A stretch of DNA of 64,000 bases from contig PBKS01000016.1 in NCBI GenBank assembly GCA_002722155.1, positions 1,391 through 65,390 on the forward strand, given 5' to 3'. Source of the stretch: Chloroflexota bacterium. GTDB lineage: Bacteria; Chloroflexota; Dehalococcoidia; Lucifugimonadales; UBA826. The position numbers were made by a program, and so were the translations under genes. The notes under the pieces were generated by a model. That model ran no database searches. It was not told the origin of the DNA and worked only from the letters and a program-made list of their open reading frames with translations. This document shows, piece by piece, positions 23,924 to 34,701 of this stretch (positions are counted from its first letter, which is position 1; every line of letters begins with the position of its first letter).

Positions 23924-23961
23924 TTCTTGATGTTGTAAAACCGAATAAAGGATATAGGTAA

Positions 23962-24798
23962 ATGAATCTTCGAAAATCGATTTTAGATATTCAACAGCTC
24001 AAAAGTGATGGCAAAAAAATATCCATGATAACGGCATATGATTACACTTCCAGTTATTTAGCTGAGGAAGCGGGGGTAGAGATAATTTTGGTGGGTGATA
24101 GCATGGGTCAAGTCGTGCTTGGCTATGACACTACACTCCCTGTTTCGATGGAAGACATAATACGTCACACCCAAATGGTTATTAGGGGATCTGAAAGTGC
24201 CCATATAGTGAGCGACTTACCCTTTATGAGCTATCAGGTTAGTGTTGAGCAGGCAGTGTCAAATGCTGGTAGGTTGGTGAAGGAAGGTGGCTGTCAGTCA
24301 GTGAAATTGGAAGGGGGAGAGAAGGTGTGCAACCAAATCAGAGCCATAGTGGATGCGGGTATACCGGTTATGGGTCACCTCGGTCTTGTTCCCCAATCTG
24401 TAAATCAACTAGGTGGGTATAAGGTGCAATCCCGATCGCAGGATGGGGTTCGTAGGATTTTCAGGGATATTTTGGAATTGGAAAAAGCGGGTGCTTATGG
24501 CGTGGTTTTAGAGTCTGTACCCAGGGAAGTTGCTCATGTACTTTCCCAAAAGGTAAAAATCCCAGTAATAGGAATTGGAGCCGGGCCAGATTGTGATGGA
24601 CAGGTACAAGTATTTCATGATCTTTTAGGGTTGTATAAAGATTTTAATCCGAAACATTCCCGTATTTATGCCAATATCGGAGATGATATTACAAACGCCT
24701 TGAGTAACTATGTATCTGACGTATCTTCCGGCGATTTTCCAAATGATGAAGAAAGTTTTCACATTTCGGCCACGGTTATATCGAAAGTGTTTGGATAA
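23962..24798 (+). CDS. panB: 3-methyl-2-oxobutanoate hydroxymethyltransferase
   Basis: ITAYDY, LVGDSMG, DLPFMSY, VKLEGG, GHLGLVPQ, GIGAG, DGQVQVFHDLLG. Confidence 0.96.
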   Translation: MNLRKSILDIQQLKSDGKKISMITAYDYTSSYLAEEAGVEIILVGDSMGQVVLGYDTTLPVSMEDIIRHTQMVIRGSESAHIVSDLPFMSYQVSVEQAVSNAGRLVKEGGCQSVKLEGGEKVCNQIRAIVDAGIPVMGHLGLVPQSVNQLGGYKVQSRSQDGVRRIFRDILELEKAGAYGVVLESVPREVAHVLSQKVKIPVIGIGAGPDCDGQVQVFHDLLGLYKDFNPKHSRIYANIGDDITNALSNYVSDVSSGDFPNDEESFHISATVISKVFG

Positions 24799-24806
24799 GC
24801 TCACAA

Positions 24807-25640
24807 ATGGAAATATTTCAAAATATATCAGAGTTAAGAAAGGAGATATCTGGTGGCAAATTCACGTTAGGATTAGTACCTACAATGGGGTATCTGCATG
24901 ACGGTCATATTTCTCTGATACGTCGTTCGAAAGGGCAGAATATAAAAACTGCTGTCTCAATTTTCGTAAATCCGACACAGTTTAATCGAGCCGAAGATTT
25001 AGATAATTATCCAAGTGATTTGAGCTCTGACATAACCATTCTTGAAAGAGAGGGTGTAGATTATTTATTTACACCTGATCTTTTCCATATCTATCCTGAA
25101 CACTTTGAAACCGAAATAAATGTTGGTTCCGTTTCGTTACCTTTGGAGGGGGCTAGTAGGCCGGGACATTTTAATGGAGTGGCAACAGTGGTTTGCAAAT
25201 TACTCAATATATTTCGTCCCGATACAGTGTATTTCGGTCAGAAGGATGCCCAGCAATGTTCTGTTGTCCAAACTATGGTTAAGGATCTAAATATTGATGT
25301 AAGAGTCGTAGTGTGTCCCACGATTAGGGATTCCGATGGAGTGGCTTTGAGTAGTCGCAATATAAATTTGTCCAAATGTGAAAGGGAATCCGCCATTTTA
25401 ATAAACAAAGGTCTTTTTCAGGCTTTGGCAGAGTGGGAAAAAGGACAAAAGAAGGCCTCGATACTAAAAAATATAGTTAGACAAAAAATATCTTCTAGCC
25501 CCCTGAATCATCTTGAATACGTTAGTCTAGCCAGGCAAAATGACTTTATCGAACAGAATTGTGCTGAACGGGAATCGATAATCTCAGTGGCCGTGATGGT
25601 AGGATCCACTAGGCTTATCGACAACGTGGTTTTGAAATAG
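24807..25640 (+). CDS. panC: Pantoate--beta-alanine ligase
   Basis: VPTMGYLHDGH, SIFVNPTQF, RPGHFNGV, FGQKDAQQ, LSSRN, RLIDN. Confidence 0.96.
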   Translation: MEIFQNISELRKEISGGKFTLGLVPTMGYLHDGHISLIRRSKGQNIKTAVSIFVNPTQFNRAEDLDNYPSDLSSDITILEREGVDYLFTPDLFHIYPEHFETEINVGSVSLPLEGASRPGHFNGVATVVCKLLNIFRPDTVYFGQKDAQQCSVVQTMVKDLNIDVRVVVCPTIRDSDGVALSSRNINLSKCERESAILINKGLFQALAEWEKGQKKASILKNIVRQKISSSPLNHLEYVSLARQNDFIEQNCAERESIISVAVMVGSTRLIDNVVLK

Positions 25641-25722
25641 GGGGATATCCTTTTCCTTTCGTACCAGCCTTATAATGGTCGTTATATTAGAAAATCGAGA
25701 TATTTTGGGAGGATAGATTCTT

Positions 25723-26514
25723 GTGCGGGTGCTGTTAACAAACGATGACGGAATACACTCTCCTGGTCTTTGGGCGATAGCGAAAAGTTTGGAAGAAATA
25801 GCAGATTTAACTGTGGTGGTTCCTGATAGAGACCAGAGTGGAAAAGGAGCCTCCATGACTTTATTAAGTCCTTTGACTGTCGAGGAAGTCCCAACTCCTT
25901 ATGGCATGTCATGCCCTACATTTACGGTTGATGGAACTCCCGGAGATTGTGTAATTATGGCATGTGAGTCATTATGTAAGGATCCTATTGATGTCGTCGT
26001 CTCAGGAATAAATCAGGGTGCGAATATGGGATTAGATGTTTTTAATTCCGGCACCTTTGGTGCAGCCCTACATGGATATTTCAGAGGAATCAATTCTATT
26101 GCCGTATCTGTGTTTTATAGGCAAGATGTGATATATTCCCCGGCCGCATTAATAGGTGCTGAAATGACCCAGATAGTGTGTGGTCAGAAACTTTCCTCCC
26201 CCACCCTTCTAAATGTTAATCTGCCTGCCTGTGACTTCAAGGATATCAAAGGTGTAGATCTCACAGAGTTGGGTCCTAAGGCATATCTAGAGAATGTAGA
26301 AACTGTTAAGAGCGGTAGAAGAACCTTTCATTGGCTACGTCATAACAAACCGTTGGAAGCCGTCTATAGGGAAGGCACGGATGTATGGTCTATAAATAAT
26401 GATAGGGTCTCCATCACAATCGTTAATCCGTATCTCACTGCTGATAACGATACTACACTAAGTACTTTTTTGTTGAAAAAATCCCTTGATAGCCTGGGTT
26501 TGATATCGGATTAA
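25723..26514 (+). CDS. surE: 5'/3'-nucleotidase SurE
   Basis: LLTNDDG, DGTPGDC, SGINQGAN, SGT. Confidence 0.93.
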   Translation: MRVLLTNDDGIHSPGLWAIAKSLEEIADLTVVVPDRDQSGKGASMTLLSPLTVEEVPTPYGMSCPTFTVDGTPGDCVIMACESLCKDPIDVVVSGINQGANMGLDVFNSGTFGAALHGYFRGINSIAVSVFYRQDVIYSPAALIGAEMTQIVCGQKLSSPTLLNVNLPACDFKDIKGVDLTELGPKAYLENVETVKSGRRTFHWLRHNKPLEAVYREGTDVWSINNDRVSITIVNPYLTADNDTTLSTFLLKKSLDSLGLISD

Positions 26515-26872
26515 ATAAATTGGGGCCGGTACTCTGGGATAGTGGATTCCGCCAAGACTTCTTCGTCTAAATCTAAAGAGGTATCGGATGCTTATACGAA
26601 ATCTCATCGATACTAACAACACATTCATTAAATTTAACCCCTTTTTTATGCCTGCAACTTTTATACAGGATGGACTCTCCAGGAAAAATTCTAAGGGGGA
26701 ATGATCTCTGGTAAAGAACTTCAGTATCAGTGAACTTGTTCAACAGATTCTGAGAAAATACTGCTAAAAGAATAGGAGGTAAATCATTTGATGATTTATC
26801 CTGTAATTCCAGTTTTGTGACACTCTGAAATTTATCTTCTGAATTAAACTAACTTTCTCTGGTCATCTGAAA

Positions 26873-27805
26873 TCAGATTTCATTAAGAGCCCACGATTTA
26901 ACTAGGTGATGGGCAATAGCTATTTGCATGGGCACTTTTAATACATCACTGTTGTTTTCAAGGGCGGATAAAACATCTTTTCTGTCGAACCATTTGACAT
27001 CGGTCATTTCATCTTTGTCCATGTTAATTTCTGTTGTGGCTGCCTCCGCGTGGCAACCAATCATTAAAGAATATGGAAGTGGCCAAGGTTGAGATGAGTG
27101 GTATTTTACATTTTTGACCTGAATTCCTGCCTCTTCCATAACTTCTCTAGCCACGGCCTCTTCAATTGATTCACCTTGATCTACAAACCCAGCTAATGCA
27201 GAATAAGTGTTGGTTCTCTGAAGCCTTCCTCTTGATTGTCCTAAAAGGCATTTATCGCCGTCATGTACTACCACAATTACTACGGGATCTGTCCTCGGAA
27301 AGTGGTCGGTGCCACATCCAGTACATTTTCGTACCTGTCCCGCCCTTTTCATTTCTGTTTTTGAGCCACAAGCTGAGCAGAATTTGTACCGTTGATGCCA
27401 GTATGTCTGTATTCTTGCTTGGGCAGCAATTCCAGCGTCTTCTGGACTCAAAAACTCGCCACATGATCTGACATCTACAAATCTAAGTGTAGGGCCTATC
27501 TTCCTGATAGCAGAATCCGAAAAATGGTCCACTGACACTTCAACAGCAAAATAGTATGCCTGGTCTCTTATTCCCAAAAAAATTGGTTCCGATTCGTATC
27601 CCAGATCGGCCAACTGATCATGCGTGAGCCAAGATAGATTTGACTGGGACCCTGTATTTACCAGCAGGTTAAGTTCTCTTAACGGCAGAAACCTACTTTG
27701 TGGGTCCGGTATCTTTTTTCTGATTTCAGAATCTTCTCTTCTTTCGGTTTCTCCCCTGTCTAGAGGATTCCTCGAAAATACGTGTCCGTAGCCTTGTATG
27801 GTCAT
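26873..27805 (-). CDS. nudC: NAD(H) diphosphatase NudC
   Basis: Zn ribbon, FPRTDP, Nudix box AGFVDQGESIEEAVAREVMEEAG, SQPWP. Confidence 0.92.
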   Translation of the reverse strand: MTIQGYGHVFSRNPLDRGETERREDSEIRKKIPDPQSRFLPLRELNLLVNTGSQSNLSWLTHDQLADLGYESEPIFLGIRDQAYYFAVEVSVDHFSDSAIRKIGPTLRFVDVRSCGEFLSPEDAGIAAQARIQTYWHQRYKFCSACGSKTEMKRAGQVRKCTGCGTDHFPRTDPVVIVVVHDGDKCLLGQSRGRLQRTNTYSALAGFVDQGESIEEAVAREVMEEAGIQVKNVKYHSSQPWPLPYSLMIGCHAEAATTEINMDKDEMTDVKWFDRKDVLSALENNSDVLKVPMQIAIAHHLVKSWALNEI

Positions 27806-27984
27806 AAAATCTCCTCATGCCGGATATTAGAACACATCTTTTGTGCTCAAAGGGTTTTGGTGGGTTTCACCTTAAGGTATGAATGTTGTTCCATGCTTAT
27901 CCATCATTCTAATTGACACCCTTTGCGATATGTACTCAGAATAAAGTCATAATACGGGAATTTATGATAAAGGGAGACCATTCG

Positions 27985-28311
27985 ATGATATATGAGACGC
28001 GGATATATGAGACTCATCCGGGTAAATTACCCGATTTGAATGCTAGATTTAGGAACCACACGATAAAAATTTTTGAGAAACATGGAATAAAAAATATAGG
28101 GTATTGGACCTCCAATGTTGGAGAATTTAGCGATAGATTAACCTACATAATTGCTTTTGAAGATCAATCTCATAGAGAGAAGGCTTGGAATGCTTTTTCA
28201 AATGATCCTGAATGGATTAAAGTTAGGTCTGAATCTGAATTAAATGGTCCCATAGTAAAGAGGGTATTTAATAATTTACTTAACCCCACAGATTATTCAC
28301 CGCTACAATAA
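27985..28311 (+). CDS. NIPSNAP family protein
   Basis: IYETRIY...PGK...RF, IGYW, DPEW, PTDYS. ATG at 27985 after GGGAG. Confidence 0.88.
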   Translation: MIYETRIYETHPGKLPDLNARFRNHTIKIFEKHGIKNIGYWTSNVGEFSDRLTYIIAFEDQSHREKAWNAFSNDPEWIKVRSESELNGPIVKRVFNNLLNPTDYSPLQ

Positions 28312-28325
28312 ATAGCAAATCGATA

Positions 28326-29555
28326 TTGATATCAGACAAAAACATTAGACCCCAACAGTGGTGGGAATCCTTCCTATTCCGAGATTTTAAATTTTTGTGG
28401 GTCTCTACTTTTTTCCAATCTATTGGATTTGGAATGGATAATGTGGCTCTTGGTTGGATTGTCTTTGAAAAAACGGATTCTGCATTTATGGTGGGATTGG
28501 CTGCAGCCCTACGGATGGTGCCACTGTTTCTACTCGGTATTTTTTCTGGTTTGATTGCTGATAATGTTGAGAGGAGAATTTTCCTTCGTATTTTTACTAT
28601 CGTTGGTGGGGGCCTTATGGGTCTGCTTGGTGTTCTCCTAATTATTGGTTACGACCAAATATGGATCATCCTTGCAATTGCCACTATTACCGGAGCCACA
28701 TTTGCATTTGTTCTTACTTTGAGGCAGGCATATACCTTTGATATCGTAGGGGCCCCGCTTTCGCTAAATGGTTTGTCTATGTTGCAAATAGCTTCTCAAA
28801 CGGGAGGAGTTTTTGGGGCTTTGATCTCCGGAATATTGATATCTAAGTTGGGGGCTGGGCCACAATTTGTGGTAATAGGTCTGATGTACCTAATTTCATT
28901 TTTAGTTCTTTTTGGAGCATCTGAGTCAGGCCAAGCTGCCTCTAGAAGGAGGGAGAGTCTTAATTCCAATTTCAAGGGATACATTGATCTCATAAAAGAA
29001 TATCCAGTTCTACTTATATTAATGTGTTTGGCCTCAATCACCGAAATATTTGGGTTCACTCATATGAGTTTAATTCCAGTTTTTGCTAAGGAGGTTTTGT
29101 TTGTTGGACCGATAGGGTTGGGAATTTTGACTGCTGTTCGCCAAGTTGGTGGGTTTTTGGGTCTTTTTTCGCTTACTTTATTAGGCAATTACAATCAAAA
29201 AGGGAAATTGATGTTCTATATCGTCGCATTTTTTGGTATTGGCCAGATTTTTCTGGGATTCTCGTCGAACCTATTCCTTTTCGCATTTTTTCTGCTTGTT
29301 GTTAATGCCTGTGCTATGTCTGTTGACACTTTGTACAAAACGTTGATGCAGCAAAATGTCCCCAATGAGCAACGAGGCAGGGCTATGGGATCATGGGTTT
29401 TAAGTATTGGAACAGCCCCTATAGGGCATCTTGGAATTGGAGGCATTGCAGCAGCTTTTGGAGCCCCAATGGCTGTTTTGTTTAACGGCGTTATGCTTAC
29501 TGCCGCAGGGATTTCGACCTTTATCTGTCTACCCAAAATTAGGAAACTGCCTTAA
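28326..29555 (+). CDS. MFS transporter
   Basis: About 12 TM segments, GLIADNVERR motif A-like, VPNEQRGRAMG. Confidence 0.88.
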   Translation: MISDKNIRPQQWWESFLFRDFKFLWVSTFFQSIGFGMDNVALGWIVFEKTDSAFMVGLAAALRMVPLFLLGIFSGLIADNVERRIFLRIFTIVGGGLMGLLGVLLIIGYDQIWIILAIATITGATFAFVLTLRQAYTFDIVGAPLSLNGLSMLQIASQTGGVFGALISGILISKLGAGPQFVVIGLMYLISFLVLFGASESGQAASRRRESLNSNFKGYIDLIKEYPVLLILMCLASITEIFGFTHMSLIPVFAKEVLFVGPIGLGILTAVRQVGGFLGLFSLTLLGNYNQKGKLMFYIVAFFGIGQIFLGFSSNLFLFAFFLLVVNACAMSVDTLYKTLMQQNVPNEQRGRAMGSWVLSIGTAPIGHLGIGGIAAAFGAPMAVLFNGVMLTAAGISTFICLPKIRKLP

Positions 29556-29574
29556 ATGCCAAGTAAATTTTCAG

Positions 29575-30864
29575 CTATACCATTAAGGAGGTAGGGCTTT
29601 GTAATAGGCGTTTTACTTCTATTAAAAATTGTGCCCCTTCAGCTCCATCTACGATTCTATGGTCAGCGGAAATAGTAGCCGTCATAACCTGGCCAACTGT
29701 TATTTCTCCGTCAACGACTATCGGTTTTTCCGATACAGTCCCCACCGCCAAAACTGCACTTTGAGGTGGATGTATTATGGCAACAAAGCTACTGACATCG
29801 AACATTCCCAGATTGCTAATTGCAAAAGTACCACCGGTATATTCTTGAGGGCTTAAGGTGCCGTTTGATGATCTTTCGGCTAAATCTTTGATCATCTGGG
29901 ATACTTGTCGCAGGGATTTTTCGCCGCAATCTAGAATGGCCGGCACGATCAATCCTTCTTCATCTGCTATTGCCACGGCAATATTTATTTCGTTGTTAAA
30001 CTGAATTCCATCATTTTCATAATAGGCGTTGAATTTGGGGTATTTCTGCAAGGTTTGAATGCATGCTTTAACAATTAGGTCATTTACTGTGAGTCTGATG
30101 CCATCATCTTTCAACTGGTCATTAATCTGTTTTCGAAGCGACATGGCATTCGTCATATTTATTTCAGCCGAAACGTAAAAATGAGGTTTTTCCGTTTTAC
30201 TTTTGACAGTCACTCTTGCTATTTGTTGACGCATTCTGCTAAGAGGTTGTTTCTCTCCTAGTGTGGATGGGATAGCTAGTGGTTCTACTTTAGAAGTAAC
30301 TGTTTCCTTAGAAATTTGCGGCTCGGATGGGATTGGTACGGTTGATTGGGAAGAGAGATTTGGTTCAAATTCTTCGACATCTTTTTTTGTGATTCTGCCA
30401 CCTGGCCCGGATCCTGATATGTTAGAAATGTTTATGCCAAGTTCCTCGGCAATGCGGCGTGCAATTGGTGTTGCTAATATTCGTCCCCCAGAAGGTGCAC
30501 TATTAACCTCCGCTGGTTCATGAAATTGTTCCGGCTCCTGGTCAATGGCAGGTTCTTCCGGACTAGAATTAATGGTGGTGGTTGTTTGTTCATCCAATAT
30601 ATTTGAACTGGTGTCCACCTCTTCTCCTGCGTTGCCAACTACAGCTATGGTCTGCCCTACAGGTACAATGGTTCCTTCAGGTGCTACTATTTTGAGTAGA
30701 ACCCCTTCAGAATCGGATTCAAATTCTACGACTGCTTTGTCAGTCTCTATTTCTGCAACTGGTTCGTTCTTGTTTACTGCTGCACCCTCATCTTTCAGCC
30801 AACGAACGACAGTTCCTTCTTCCATGTCGTATCCCATCTGGGGCATTTTTAATTCAGTGGCCAT
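29575..30864 (-). CDS. pdhC: Dihydrolipoamide acyltransferase (E2)
   Basis: Lipoyl domain IETDKA, E3-binding GSGPGGRITK, catalytic DHRIVDGA. Confidence 0.9.
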   Translation of the reverse strand: MATELKMPQMGYDMEEGTVVRWLKDEGAAVNKNEPVAEIETDKAVVEFESDSEGVLLKIVAPEGTIVPVGQTIAVVGNAGEEVDTSSNILDEQTTTTINSSPEEPAIDQEPEQFHEPAEVNSAPSGGRILATPIARRIAEELGINISNISGSGPGGRITKKDVEEFEPNLSSQSTVPIPSEPQISKETVTSKVEPLAIPSTLGEKQPLSRMRQQIARVTVKSKTEKPHFYVSAEINMTNAMSLRKQINDQLKDDGIRLTVNDLIVKACIQTLQKYPKFNAYYENDGIQFNNEINIAVAIADEEGLIVPAILDCGEKSLRQVSQMIKDLAERSSNGTLSPQEYTGGTFAISNLGMFDVSSFVAIIHPPQSAVLAVGTVSEKPIVVDGEITVGQVMTATISADHRIVDGAEGAQFLIEVKRLLQSPTSLMV

Positions 30865-30880
30865 TTATGACTCATCTCCA

Positions 30881-31858
30881 TTAAAGACCGAAGTTGTATT
30901 TAACTGATTTTACCACCCAGTCACTATTAGGTATCATCAATTGTTCTATATTTCTGGCATATGGTGCTGGTACATCTGGTCCGTTTATTCTTACAACTGG
31001 ACCATCCAAGTCGTCGAAGGCAGCCTCTTGTATGTCACTAGCAATCGTGCCTGAGAACCCCCCAGTTTTCCATGTTTCTTCAACCACAGCGACTCTGTTA
31101 GTCTTTTTGACCGATTCGATGACAGTGTCTAAATCTAGCGGTGAAAGACACCTTAAATCTATTACTTCTGATGATATGTTGTCTTCTTCGAGTTTGGCTG
31201 CCGCTTCTTCAGCTACCCTGACCATCCCGGAATATGCAACTAAAGTCACGTCATTTCCTGGCCTAGCTATTCTGGCTTTTCCTAAAGGAACTTCATAATA
31301 CTCTTCTGGTACTTCCCCTCTGACTCTGTATAACAGGGCATGTTCGGCAAAAATGACAGGATTGTTATCTTTACGACTTGCTCGGAACATTCCTAGAGCA
31401 TCATAAGGGGTTGCCGGTACCACGACTCGAAGTCCAGGCACTGAGGCATACCAGTTTTCAAAACTTTGAGAATGAGTAGCTGCAAGTTGACCGCCACCGC
31501 CAGTTACTGTCCTTATAATTAAGGGCACGGTTAATTGACCATTTGACATGTAACTTAGTTTTGCGGCGTGGTTTATTATCTGATCCATCGCCACCAGGGT
31601 GAAATTTATGGTCATCACTTCAACAATTGGTCTCATACCGATCATCGCTGACCCTACACCGGCTCCCACAAATACTGATTCTGAAATTGGAGTATCTCTA
31701 ACTCTTTCTTCGCCATATTTTTCCAAAAAGCCTCGGGTTACGGCGTAAGCTCCTCCGTAGGCTCCTATGTCTTCTCCCATAAGAAAGCATCGATTGTCTT
31801 CATCGAGTGCCTCACTAAGGGCTTTGGACACCGCTTCTCTCAATAGCATCTCCGCCAT
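30881..31858 (-). CDS. pdhB: Pyruvate dehydrogenase E1 beta subunit
   Basis: GEDIG, DTPISE, HSQS, EVIDLR. Start moved to ATG at 31858. Confidence 0.9.
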   Translation of the reverse strand: MAEMLLREAVSKALSEALDEDNRCFLMGEDIGAYGGAYAVTRGFLEKYGEERVRDTPISESVFVGAGVGSAMIGMRPIVEVMTINFTLVAMDQIINHAAKLSYMSNGQLTVPLIIRTVTGGGGQLAATHSQSFENWYASVPGLRVVVPATPYDALGMFRASRKDNNPVIFAEHALLYRVRGEVPEEYYEVPLGKARIARPGNDVTLVAYSGMVRVAEEAAAKLEEDNISSEVIDLRCLSPLDLDTVIESVKKTNRVAVVEETWKTGGFSGTIASDIQEAAFDDLDGPVVRINGPDVPAPYARNIEQLMIPNSDWVVKSVKYNFGL

Positions 31859-31859
31859 T

Positions 31860-32858
31860 CTAATTTCCCTCTGGATCCGCATAAATGTGAGTGTAAAGTT
31901 CTTCTGGAGCTGGTTCAGGGCTTTGTTCAGCAAATTCCCTTGCCTCTTGAACTATGAGGTCAACTTTTTCAGCGGCGAGTTCCAGATCCTGAGGTTCAAT
32001 TTTCCCCGCCTCGAGGCAATCTTCCCTAAACTTATCAATTGGGTCTCTGGACCTGTTTTCTTGAACTTCTTCATTATCCCTATAATTAGATGGATCTGCC
32101 ATAGAGTGTCCATGAAATCTGTACGCCATGGATTCTATGAAAACGGGGCCAGTACCTTCGCGAACTTTGGCGATACCCTCACTTACTGTTTCTTTTACAG
32201 CCATAACATCCATACCGTCTATCTGCACGGCTGGGATCATGTATGGCTCTGCAGCACCGTAGATGCTGGCACCACCGGCTCTGGACCGATTGACATCAGT
32301 ACCCATTCCGTAGAGGTTGTTTTCCAACATGAAGACAACGGGCAATTTCCACAAGGAGGCCATATTCATTGCTTCATGGAATTCGCCTTCATTAACCGCG
32401 CCATCTCCAAAAAAGCACATTACTACGCTATCAAGTTTCTTTAACTTCACGCCCAGTGCTATTCCTATAGCTAACGGAAGTTGACCGCCCACTATCGCGT
32501 GCCCGCCCATGAAGTGTTTCTCAGCATCAAACAGATGCATGGAGCCGCCCTTTCCACCACTACACCCTGTAGCTTTTCCACATAATTCTGCCATTGCCGC
32601 TTTGGGATCAACGCCTCTAGCTAGAGCGTGACCGTGGTCCCTATAGTGACCGATAACATAGTCATCATCCCGTAGATTTGGTATCGCCCCGACAGCTATA
32701 GCTTCTTCACCAATATAAGTATGGAGAAATCCTCGAACTAACCCCCTTCTGTACAGGCGTTCTGCCTCTTCTTCAAAACGTCTTATCAGAAGCATCTGGG
32801 TGAAAATTTCTAATGCCTCTTCTTTGGCGAGTGTTTCTATGTTTAAGGTAGTTGCCAC
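31860..32858 (-). CDS. pdhA: Pyruvate dehydrogenase E1 alpha subunit
   Basis: GFLHTYIGEEA, GKGGSMH, TPP motif GDGA...ENN, YRFHGHSMAD. Confidence 0.9.
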   Translation of the reverse strand: MATTLNIETLAKEEALEIFTQMLLIRRFEEEAERLYRRGLVRGFLHTYIGEEAIAVGAIPNLRDDDYVIGHYRDHGHALARGVDPKAAMAELCGKATGCSGGKGGSMHLFDAEKHFMGGHAIVGGQLPLAIGIALGVKLKKLDSVVMCFFGDGAVNEGEFHEAMNMASLWKLPVVFMLENNLYGMGTDVNRSRAGGASIYGAAEPYMIPAVQIDGMDVMAVKETVSEGIAKVREGTGPVFIESMAYRFHGHSMADPSNYRDNEEVQENRSRDPIDKFREDCLEAGKIEPQDLELAAEKVDLIVQEAREFAEQSPEPAPEELYTHIYADPEGN

Positions 32859-32870
32859 AATTAAGCTTCT

Positions 32871-34253
32871 TTATATATGGATGGCTTCACTGGTGGAATC
32901 CAGCGCCGCCTCTTTTAAAGTTTCTGAAATTGTTGGATGAGGGTGGATTAACCAACCAAGTTCCGTTGTGGTACCTTCTAGGAGTTTAGTCATTGATAGT
33001 TCCGCCAGTAGCTCTGTGACTTCTGACCCAATCATATGTGCGCCAAGTATCTCCCCGATTTCCGGGTCTGTGATCAGTTTCACCAATCCCTCTGTATGCC
33101 CCAACGCGATTGCTTTCCCACTGGCAGAAAAAGGGAATTTACCTATTTGGAATTCAACTCCTTCGTTAGTAGCTTGATCCTCGGTTATCCCAAAACTGGC
33201 AACTTGTGGCTCACAATATATTGCTTTGGGCATTAAACGATAATCAAGCGGAGCTGGATTTAAACCAGCTATGTACTCTACGGCAGTAACTGCCTGAGCT
33301 GAAGCCACATGAGCTAACAACATCTTTCCCGTTACATCCCCGATTGCATAAACACCCGTTACATTAGTTTCCATGTTGTCGCTGACCGAAACGAAGCCAT
33401 TTTCGGTGGTTACTCCGACATCTTCCAAACCTATCCCATCAGTGTTAGCTTGTACTCCGACGGCGACCAGTACCTTATCTGCAGAGATTACTTCTTCTGC
33501 GGCATTTTCCAGGATTTTGATGACGGCTGTTTTGTCTTGAATCTCTATTGAACTTACAGAAACTCCGGTTCTAATATTTATGCCTCTTGTCTGAAATGAT
33601 TTTGTGAGTATTTCACTAATTTCATGGTCTTCATTGGGGATTATCCTATCCAGCATTTCTACCATAGTTACATTTGCTCCGTAGCTTTTGTAAATATGTG
33701 CAAATTCTGCTCCAGTTGCACCTGCCCCTATTATGGCGATATCTTTCGGTACTTCTGTCATAGATAATGCGTCGCGACTATTGATCACTATTTCATGGTC
33801 AATCGGCATTGATTCAATGTGTCGCTGTCTCGCACCAGTAGCAATGATTATGTTTTCGGAAGTAATGGTTTGATTTGTTTCCACAATCTCTAGTTCGTGG
33901 GCAGCTATAAACTTCGCCGAGCCCTCGATTAGCGTTACTCCATTTTTGTTTAACAAATATTGCACGCCAGAGGTCAGCTTTCCTACTACCTCCCGACTAC
34001 GATTAATAGCTTTTGAAAAATCGTAGGTCAGATTGTCGAATGCAATACCGAATTCATCAGCATTATTAACCAAATTTAATACTTCAGCGTTCCTGAGCAG
34101 AGATTTACTGGGTATACATCCCCAATTGAGGCACACTCCTCCTACGGATTCTTTTTCTATTATTGCCGTGTTCAAGCCCAACTGGGCTGCTCGAATAGCA
34201 GCTACGTAACCTCCAGGGCCTGCACCTACAACAACTACATCAAAATCAGCCAA
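32871..34253 (-). CDS. lpdA: Dihydrolipoyl dehydrogenase (E3)
   Basis: GAGPGGY, GGVCLNWGCIPSK, HPHPTISE. Confidence 0.95.
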   Translation of the reverse strand: MADFDVVVVGAGPGGYVAAIRAAQLGLNTAIIEKESVGGVCLNWGCIPSKSLLRNAEVLNLVNNADEFGIAFDNLTYDFSKAINRSREVVGKLTSGVQYLLNKNGVTLIEGSAKFIAAHELEIVETNQTITSENIIIATGARQRHIESMPIDHEIVINSRDALSMTEVPKDIAIIGAGATGAEFAHIYKSYGANVTMVEMLDRIIPNEDHEISEILTKSFQTRGINIRTGVSVSSIEIQDKTAVIKILENAAEEVISADKVLVAVGVQANTDGIGLEDVGVTTENGFVSVSDNMETNVTGVYAIGDVTGKMLLAHVASAQAVTAVEYIAGLNPAPLDYRLMPKAIYCEPQVASFGITEDQATNEGVEFQIGKFPFSASGKAIALGHTEGLVKLITDPEIGEILGAHMIGSEVTELLAELSMTKLLEGTTTELGWLIHPHPTISETLKEAALDSTSEAIHI

Positions 34254-34445
34254 TGGATCACCTTTCGCGGTTTCAGATTTTTATGCTTTCATTTTAGGCC
34301 TAAATTTCCAAAAGCGCTGCCTTAATTAAGCGATAATTGTACACCATCGGATAGTCACTCGGATTGAAAAACTATCAGGTACCATCCTTCCTAAATTTGT
34401 TAGAACTATAGTGGTTAAATGTATTTTCCCCTTCAACTCCATTCC

Positions 34446-34474
34446 TTGACACTACCAATTAGCGGCAATAGGAT
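34446..34474 (+). promoter_or_regulatory. Sigma70 promoter of the tRNA-Phe/tRNA-Gly pair
   Basis: TTGACA-N17-TAGGAT ending 20 nt before tRNA-Phe. Confidence 0.7.
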
Positions 34475-34494
34475 GTAATCTCGGCTTGAAATGG

Positions 34495-34567
<73 letters not shown>

Positions 34568-34616
34568 CACCTCTTGGGTTGGGATACTGTAGTTTTGTGG
34601 GTTATTGATTTAACTA

Positions 34617-34691
34617 GCGGAAGTGGCTCAGTGGTAGAGCATCTCCTTGCCAAGGAGAAGGTCGCGGGTTCGAATCCCGTCTTCCGCTCCA
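34617..34691 (+). tRNA. tRNA-Gly (GCC)
   Basis: Acceptor stem GCGGAAG/CTTCCGC, loop TTGCCAA, GGTTCGAATCC, ends TCCA. Confidence 0.96.
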
Positions 34692-34701
34692 TACACCGCA
34701 G

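Noticed and set aside
26515-26872. Small ORFs or ncRNA between surE and nudC (38-aa ORF from 26588; 10-aa ORF after AGGAGGT near 26775)
   Set aside because: No recognisable motif or RNA family, so it cannot be supported from the sequence alone.
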